A program made the translations under genes and the position numbers. This document shows, piece after piece, positions 58,122-64,000 of a stretch of 64,000 nucleotides of DNA (its first letter is position 1; every line of letters begins with the position of its first letter). This DNA is from Nitrospirota bacterium (GTDB lineage Bacteria > Nitrospirota > UBA9217). The stretch is from assembly GCA_963751455.1 (NCBI GenBank), contig CAVVUN010000001.1:576001-640000 (forward strand). The letters run 5' to 3'. The notes under the pieces were generated by a model. That model had not been told where the DNA came from. It did not search any database and saw nothing but the letters and a program-made list of their open reading frames with translations.

Positions 58122-58245
58122 TTCATCGGACCAAGGAGGTTCGTGGCAAGCGAACGCTCGATCTGCTCAGGCGTCAGCTCCTCGAAGTAACCGGCATAGA
58201 AGTTGCCCGCGCTATTGAGCAACACATCAATGCGCCCGGCCAGAA
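58122..58245 (-). pseudogene. Short-chain dehydrogenase fragment
   Basis: GRIDVLLNSAGNFYAGYFEELTPEQIERSLATNLLGPMN, cut at the IS1380 end. Confidence 0.65.
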
Positions 58246-58252
58246 CGTCCGG

Positions 58253-58996
58253 GTGGAAGACATGATGAAAACAAGCGGTCTTCTGGGAATCCGGGAACGG
58301 TTTCTGTACGCGGTCGGGCTGTCCGCCGCCGCGGTCATTACGGGCGACGTGGGCAGCGGCAAATCATCAGGCCTCCGGTTTGCTCAGGCGGAGCTGCACC
58401 CCTCGGAATATAAGGTACTCCATGTCACGGCAACATCAGGGACGATTGCGGAGCTGTACAAGCAGATATGCCATGCCTTGGACATCGAAACCAGAGGCTC
58501 CTCAAAGGCACTCCTGACCAGGACCATACGCGCTACGCTGCTGGACCTTGTAGGGAAGAAACAGAAGCCCGTGCTCGTAATCGACGAGGCATCGCTTCTG
58601 CGGCTCGATGTCTTCGCCGAACTTCATACCATCACCCAGTTCGAGGCAGACTCAAAACCGGTCCTGCCGATGATCCTGGCAGGCCAGAACAACCTTATCG
58701 ATAACCTGCTGTTCCGCCAGTCGCGAGCACTGGCTTCGCGCGTTGTGGCGAGGGGGCACTTGGAAGCGATAACACTGAGCGAGATGGCCGGGTACCTGAC
58801 GCACCACGTGGAAATAGCGGGAGTGCGGCAGAACCTCTTCTCCGAACAGGCTGTGACCGCAATCCACCAGGGCTCGGGCGGGCTCCTCCGGAGAGCGAAT
58901 AACCTGGCGAGGGGCAGCCTGATCGCTGCGTCAGCAGAGAAGTGCAACGTCGTTTCGGCGGAACATGTACGGGTCGCTTCAACCGAAATAATCTGA
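58253..58996 (+). pseudogene. ExeA-like transposition AAA ATPase, probably 5'-truncated, followed by an IS end
   Basis: GDVGSGKS, VIDEA, LAGQ; downstream TGGAATAATGTG repeats (59041, 59108) ending ...CAACA at 59129. Confidence 0.7.
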
Positions 58997-59088
58997 ATCA
59001 TCGGGGGGCTGTGCCCCCCGTTTTTTACAAGACGAAGGGCTGGAATAATGTGAGCGGCGATTGGCCGGACGAATGTGAACTAGCTGGT

Positions 59089-59481
59089 TTAATCAGAGAA
59101 CGTTGGCTGGAATAATGTGGGAATCAACACCGGCCCACTCGTGAAGCAAAGCGCGTGAGATTTCCCCCTCAGCTCCACCAAATTTTCAAAGGGTTGACTT
59201 TCATCGGTCAGCCCTTTTTCATTTGACTGTGCCAGTTTTGTGTCAGTTGACACGCGGTACACGTCGTCCATTACAAAAACTGCTTTCTGTAAGTGTGCCG
59301 GTGCAAGGTGGGCATACTTCATCGTCTGCTTCAGGCTCTTATGTCCAAACAGTTTTGAGAGTGTGGCAATGTCGATCTTGCCGGACATCATAGGAAGGCT
59401 CGCGTAAGTGTGGCGCAGGTCGTGAAAGTGGAAGTCGTTTATCTTCGCATTCTTTACCGCTGTATTGAAACTCCGCTTCAC
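59089..59481 (-). pseudogene. Tyrosine integrase C-terminal fragment
   Basis: FHDLRHTYAS, FGH, TMKYAH; N-terminus absent; points at the tRNA 3' copy. Confidence 0.82.
59163..59180 (+). repeat. Copy of tRNA-Ala 3' end (att site) with terminator-like hairpin
   Basis: TCCCCCTCAGCTCCACCA, then AAAGGGTTGAC...GTCAGCCCTTT. Confidence 0.85.
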
Positions 59482-59597
59482 ATTCCCGTTAGACTTTAAG
59501 GTCAGTGGATCTTGAAGAATAACTTGCCGTCAGAAGAAAGCTAACGATAAAAGCAAAGATGCGTCCCTGCTTTATCATAAAAGTCCTCCTTCTCACC

Positions 59598-59888
59598 TTA
59601 ACTCGCCTTTCTAAGTGCTGTAACAGGCTTGTGCTTTTTCATGGCATGCCACAGGTCCCAATCCCGCTGAAGGTTCAACCAGAATTCCGGCCCAGTGCCG
59701 AACGTCTCGCCAAACGCGAGGGCTGACGAGGCAGTCACACCGCGCCGGCCGTTCACGATCTCGTTCAACCTGGCCCAGGTCCAGCCCAGGTGCTTGGCAA
59801 GCTCTACCTGCTTCATTCCCATAGGCTCCAGAAATTCTTTGAGCAGCATCTCCCCCGGATGCGTGGGCGGTCTTTTTTTCGGCAGCAT
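59598..59888 (-). CDS. higA: HigA antitoxin
   Basis: PTHPGEML.EFL...EIVNGRRGVT...FWLNLQ. Confidence 0.92.
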   Translation of the reverse strand: MLPKKRPPTHPGEMLLKEFLEPMGMKQVELAKHLGWTWARLNEIVNGRRGVTASSALAFGETFGTGPEFWLNLQRDWDLWHAMKKHKPVTALRKAS

Positions 59889-59902
59889 AATTTAAAACCT
59901 CC

Positions 59903-60193
59903 TCAATGGTAATCGACTATATCCACGTCCAGGGCGTCGCCTTCCTCCCAACGGAAGATGATCCGCCACTGGTCGTTAATTCTCACGCTCCAGAACCCTT
60001 CGAGCTCGCCCTTGAGCTTTTCCAGCCTGTTCCCCGGCGGCGCCTTCAAGGTCTCTACCATGACGGCCGCATTGATCTGATCAAGAAGCCGCTGCGCTTT
60101 CGTATGCAGCTCTACAGGTATCTTCCGGGCGCTCCGGCTCTTGATCCCGTCATAGATATCCTGCGCTGTCTTGCTCGAGATGTTCCGTATCAT
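59903..60193 (-). CDS. higB: HigB (RelE-like) toxin
   Basis: PPGNRLEKLKG...SVRINDQWRIIFRW...DYH; start set at ATG 60193. Confidence 0.92.
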   Translation of the reverse strand: MIRNISSKTAQDIYDGIKSRSARKIPVELHTKAQRLLDQINAAVMVETLKAPPGNRLEKLKGELEGFWSVRINDQWRIIFRWEEGDALDVDIVDYH

Positions 60194-60468
60194 CGATCGT
60201 AAGTATATACCGGCTTCCGATATATTGCAAGCCAAAAGAAAAGCCCCTGAGTTGTTCCCCAAGGTCACAGTGTCGACCGGTGTGAAGCCATTATGACGGA
60301 GTTGACCGAAAGGTCAGTCCTATTGTTTTTGGTGGAGGGGATTCGAACTGCAAGACCTGCTACTTTATCAGAATAGCCAATATCACAACGATCTGTTATG
60401 CTATCGAAAGAAACTCTATCTTATCCTTCTCAGCTCATGCATGATAAGCTCTTACGTTTCATAAAGCC

Positions 60469-61779
60469 ATGGTGAAAGGAAAAAACATACAAAAAGGGAA
60501 CCGGTCTTCTGGAATACTGCTTACAGTACTGTTAGTATTCCTGTCCTCGCTGACAGCACCGGGTTGCAATTCATCAAAACCGCCGCCCGAACGAGCAACA
60601 TCGGATACAGCTCCGTCTGATACTTCCCCCCCTTCTACTGCTCCGACTGATACTGTCCCCACTTCTGATACGATTCCACCCGTCCAGGTACCCGCCAAAC
60701 ATATTCTCTGGGTCAGCGCTTATTATGCGGGATGGATGCAGAAATGCGACGGCGCCGCATATCTGAGAGCACAGCAGATCGATTTCAGCGCCGTTACTCA
60801 TATAATCCACTTTTCCCTTATGCCGAATCCCGACGGTTCAATCGACGATAGCATGAACTGCCTCACCCCCGAGAATTCCCAGGAACTTCTGACGGCTGCA
60901 CATGCCGCGGGAAAAAAAGTGCTCATTTCTGTCGGCAGTTGGGATACAGAGACCGATTTTCTGGGAGCGACCAGTGAAAGAAACAGGGCGGCATTTATCA
61001 GCAATCTCGTTACCATCATGACCACGAGAGGATATGACGGCATTGACGTCGACTGGGAGCCTGTTTCTTCAAAATCAAGCGCACAGTTCATCAGTTTTAT
61101 TAATGAACTCAGAAACGCGCTGGACGGTTTGAAGCCACGCCCTCTTTTGACCGCTCCTGCCATGTGGGAACCTTCAGTATACGCTCAACTACAGGAAAAG
61201 CTCGATCAGATCAATATCATGACCTATGAATTATCGGGCCCATGGCCGGGATGGCAAGTATGGCATAATGCCCCTCTTTATGACGGCAGCCATCGGTTTA
61301 TGAGCACAGGTGCATCGCTTCCCTCTGTAAATTCCCTGATCGAGGCCTTTCTCGCTGCAGGCGTACAACCTCAAAAGCTTGGCCTGGGGCTCGAGTTTTA
61401 CGGAGCCCTATGGCGCAGCGGGTCCGGGACATCGACAGGGGGGGCTACACAGCCGCTTCAAACCTGGCAATCTGCGCCCTCGATGGTGATGATCCCGTAT
61501 TCTCTGATCATGGACTCTAATTACCAGTCTCAGTATTACTGGGATTCCGCGGCAGTGTCTCCGTACTTAAGCCTTGATAAGGACGGAGCGACTGAGGACA
61601 CATTCATTTCGTACGACGACGAGAAATCATTGATGGAGAAAGTGGCCTATGCGAAAAAGAAAGGACTCGGCGGCATCATGGTGTTCGAGCTGGGCGGTGG
61701 ATGGAGACCGTCAGCGGCTACCCCGGATTATTTGCTGCAGACAATAAAAAACAGTGTCTCAGCCGGCAACGACGGATAA
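60469..61779 (+). CDS. GH18 chitinase-like hydrolase, exported, with Pro/Thr/Ser linker
   Basis: DGIDVDWE (DxxDxDxE), NIMTYE, FISYDD. Confidence 0.9.
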   Translation: MVKGKNIQKGNRSSGILLTVLLVFLSSLTAPGCNSSKPPPERATSDTAPSDTSPPSTAPTDTVPTSDTIPPVQVPAKHILWVSAYYAGWMQKCDGAAYLRAQQIDFSAVTHIIHFSLMPNPDGSIDDSMNCLTPENSQELLTAAHAAGKKVLISVGSWDTETDFLGATSERNRAAFISNLVTIMTTRGYDGIDVDWEPVSSKSSAQFISFINELRNALDGLKPRPLLTAPAMWEPSVYAQLQEKLDQINIMTYELSGPWPGWQVWHNAPLYDGSHRFMSTGASLPSVNSLIEAFLAAGVQPQKLGLGLEFYGALWRSGSGTSTGGATQPLQTWQSAPSMVMIPYSLIMDSNYQSQYYWDSAAVSPYLSLDKDGATEDTFISYDDEKSLMEKVAYAKKKGLGGIMVFELGGGWRPSAATPDYLLQTIKNSVSAGNDG

Positions 61780-61826
61780 GTTGCGGAATCTTTACAATGC
61801 CGTTAGCCGGCGCTATATACATATAT

Positions 61827-62852
61827 ATGGTGCGGAAAATATTAATTCTCGTTGTTATTGTTGTCGTATCCATTCTCAGTGTCAATCCTGCTGATCCAGC
61901 CGGGAAGCGCGGAGCCTTGGTCCTTTGTTTCGATGATGGAGATAAAAGCTGGACAGAAACCATAGCCGGAGAGCTCGCCCGTGTTGGGGGGAAGGCAACG
62001 GCTTTTGTCAATAATTACCGTATCCATTCCGGTTTGATCACTGTCCGTGAATTGACTGCTCTGCAGGACCGCTTCCACTGGGAAATCGGCACTCACGGCT
62101 ATCATCATTTCGATCCGAAACCTTACGTCGAATTGTACGGCCCGTCTCAGTACGTTGATAAGGAGATCAGGGCCTCGATAGACGAGTTGCGGTCATACGG
62201 CATTGCCATACAATCGCTCGCGCTTCCGTTCAACAGCATTACTGAAGACGTGAACAGAAAAGCGTGCGAATATGTCAAATACACACGAAGAGATGATGAC
62301 AATCCGCTTGCGTTGATCGGAAACAACGACAACTCTTTTCCGGGAGTTATCATTGATATCGGTCACTATGTTCCCCTGTCCCAGATGCTTGCCTGGATCG
62401 ATACCGCACACGGTAAAGCTCAGTTGCTGTTTCTTGTCAGCCACCAGGTGCTGCAGGATAATAAATTTGTTACCGGCGAGGTCCTGTCTGTTACAGAGCG
62501 AACGTTGATGGCAAAAGAGGCCATAAGCCGGACGGAAGTTTCTTATATGTGCCTGGTGCCTGACACGGCAAAGGCGCTGGAATTCGGCATTGAGATCAAA
62601 AGCATTGAAGGCAATGTAGTGCGTGTGGGCAACGGAGATTTGACCCGCCTTTCGAAATCCGGGGCAAAATTCCTTATCGGTCCGTGCATGAGCATCAGGC
62701 TTTCCGATTTCAGGGAGTTAATCAAATATGCCGCTGAAAGAGTCGACTTTTTGACCGTAACAGAAGCGATGGGGCAACAAAGATCCGATTTCCGAACAAA
62801 TCATTCTAAAAAGAACATTTGGGACGCAGAAAAATCGCATAAACGCAGATAA
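61827..62852 (+). CDS. Polysaccharide deacetylase (CE4) with signal peptide
   Basis: LCFDDG, WEIGTHGYHH; start set at ATG 61827. Confidence 0.82.
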   Translation: MVRKILILVVIVVVSILSVNPADPAGKRGALVLCFDDGDKSWTETIAGELARVGGKATAFVNNYRIHSGLITVRELTALQDRFHWEIGTHGYHHFDPKPYVELYGPSQYVDKEIRASIDELRSYGIAIQSLALPFNSITEDVNRKACEYVKYTRRDDDNPLALIGNNDNSFPGVIIDIGHYVPLSQMLAWIDTAHGKAQLLFLVSHQVLQDNKFVTGEVLSVTERTLMAKEAISRTEVSYMCLVPDTAKALEFGIEIKSIEGNVVRVGNGDLTRLSKSGAKFLIGPCMSIRLSDFRELIKYAAERVDFLTVTEAMGQQRSDFRTNHSKKNIWDAEKSHKRR

Positions 62853-62856
62853 AGTC

Positions 62857-63022
62857 GGATTATTCAGCTTCTTTTCAGAACAGCATTAAGACAAATCTAA
62901 GAAAAAGCCCTTCTATCCGCAGATTTCGCAGATTGACGCAGATTCTAAAACCGGAATTCTGGTTTTGTTTTTATCTGCGAAATCTGCGTAATCTGCGGAA
63001 AAAAAATGACCTGAGTAGTTAC
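62857..63022. mobile_element. MITE copy 3, nested in another palindromic repeat
   Basis: TATTCAG...CTGAGTAGTTAC; outer arms GGACGCAGA (62822) / TCTGCGTCC (~63076). Confidence 0.75.
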
Positions 63023-63105
63023 ATATTTTCTTTTGTTTGATCTGCGGTTATCGTTCGACTGAGCTCACGCCGAAGTCTGCGTCCAGCTGCCGTTTTCAGG
63101 ATCAT

Positions 63106-64000
63106 TCAAAAGCGCCGGGTAAGTGAGGCCCCTGCCGTAACCGCCCTGAATGATCCAGTCTCCTGCCTGAAATTGTTCATGATGCCGCTCCTTATTTTCG
63201 CCATCCAATCACGGTATATGCCGAACGAGCCTTCCAGGTCAGCGGCATAACTCAGACGGAAATCCTTCATGGTATTGTCCTTGTGCTCTCCAACGGAAGC
63301 GATGAAATTGACAGCGTTGTCATCAGTGATCTTCCAGGATGTGTATCCGGCGACAGCGTAACGCTGATAAAATTCAGGATCATAATAGCCGTTCTCGAGA
63401 TCCATGTCGAAACCCTGCCATGACAGCAGCGGGCCGGCTTCGAAATCGACTTTTGTGCCTCTGACGATAAACCTTCGCACTCCGATGACCGATTCCCATG
63501 ACCTGTTGTTATCCGAATAGGTGTCATAGTTCGAATTTAACTCGGCTTTATAATTGATGTCCGGCTCCCAATAAAGGTAAATATGGTTGGAGGCGCGTTT
63601 GATCCCGAGGGATACGGTGCGCGGCGAAACGATGTAATAGCCGTACTCCCGTCCAGCCGTCATGAGGAAATTATCCTTGACACGGAAGTCCGCAGAGAGA
63701 TTGTGCGTCGTTATGGTGCTTTGTCCCTCAGCAGAGGCGCCTCCTGCCGATACCACCGCTGCAATAGCAGGTGAAAATACATGGGTGATCCCAAGCCTGC
63801 CCTCCCGAACATCAGTGGAAGTGTCCCCCGCAATTGCCTCCAAACCGCTTTCTGCCCTGGCTTTCAGGATATTGTTCTCTATGCCTGCCTCGAGCCGGGT
63901 GTCCGGAGATAAAGAATAGCCGCCTTTAAAAGAATATCGCGAGATATCGAGACCATCCGAGTCATGATAAAAACCCCAGTCAATTTCGAGGAACGGCCGT
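63106..64000 (-). CDS. Outer-membrane beta-barrel protein, partial (5' end outside the window)
   Basis: Alternating beta strands, YSDNNRS, GYYDP motif, terminal Phe; frame appears open to the window edge. Confidence 0.65.
   Translation of the reverse strand, partial: RPFLEIDWGFYHDSDGLDISRYSFKGGYSLSPDTRLEAGIENNILKARAESGLEAIAGDTSTDVREGRLGITHVFSPAIAAVVSAGGASAEGQSTITTHNLSADFRVKDNFLMTAGREYGYYIVSPRTVSLGIKRASNHIYLYWEPDINYKAELNSNYDTYSDNNRSWESVIGVRRFIVRGTKVDFEAGPLLSWQGFDMDLENGYYDPEFYQRYAVAGYTSWKITDDNAVNFIASVGEHKDNTMKDFRLSYAADLEGSFGIYRDWMAKIRSGIMNNFRQETGSFRAVTAGASLTRRF

Noticed and set aside
58253-58996. Type II secretion ExeA/GspA
   Set aside because: No secretion genes nearby; followed by IS-like terminal repeats

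Overview
A GC-rich bacterial chromosome segment. Gene style suggests an anaerobic Nitrospirota or deltaproteobacterial lineage, but that is an impression only. There are five blocks. (1) 1-18.9 kb: a lipid/polyketide biosynthetic cluster that runs off the left edge. A minus-strand type II FAS/PKS operon (FabG, two ketosynthases, CrtI-like FAD oxidoreductase, ACP, acyltransferase, double hot-dog dehydratase, MMPL, phenylacetate-CoA-ligase-like enzyme, and a radical SAM/SPASM enzyme fused to a dehydratase-like domain) sits back-to-back with a dialkylresorcinol module (darA, darB, hypothetical, BtrH-like, second ACP, ABC exporter). (2) 19-27 kb: iron-sulfur flavoprotein, a TetR/ABC ATPase/FtsX-permease unit, and an AraC, hydrolase and frameshifted C45 peptidase. 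(3) 27-37.4 kb: an integron with seven attC sites, attI, a near-consensus Pc promoter, and a truncated integrase with a LexA-type box. Its AT-rich cassettes include AbiV-like, Mrr-like nuclease and NTPase-TIR genes, the last split by an ISH6-like element. (4) 37.5-52.5 kb: PadR, an ABC ATPase, three tandem paralogous FtsX permeases, a LolA-like protein and an outer-membrane barrel, then a HEAT-repeat/HD-GYP pair sharing an N-terminal domain. (5) 53-64 kb: tRNA-Ala(GGC) with repeated copies of its 3' end bracketing a decayed island (IS200, ISL3, IS1380, ATPase and integrase fragments), then higBA, a GH18 hydrolase, a polysaccharide deacetylase and a partial barrel protein. All family calls come from motif recognition by eye; no database search was run.
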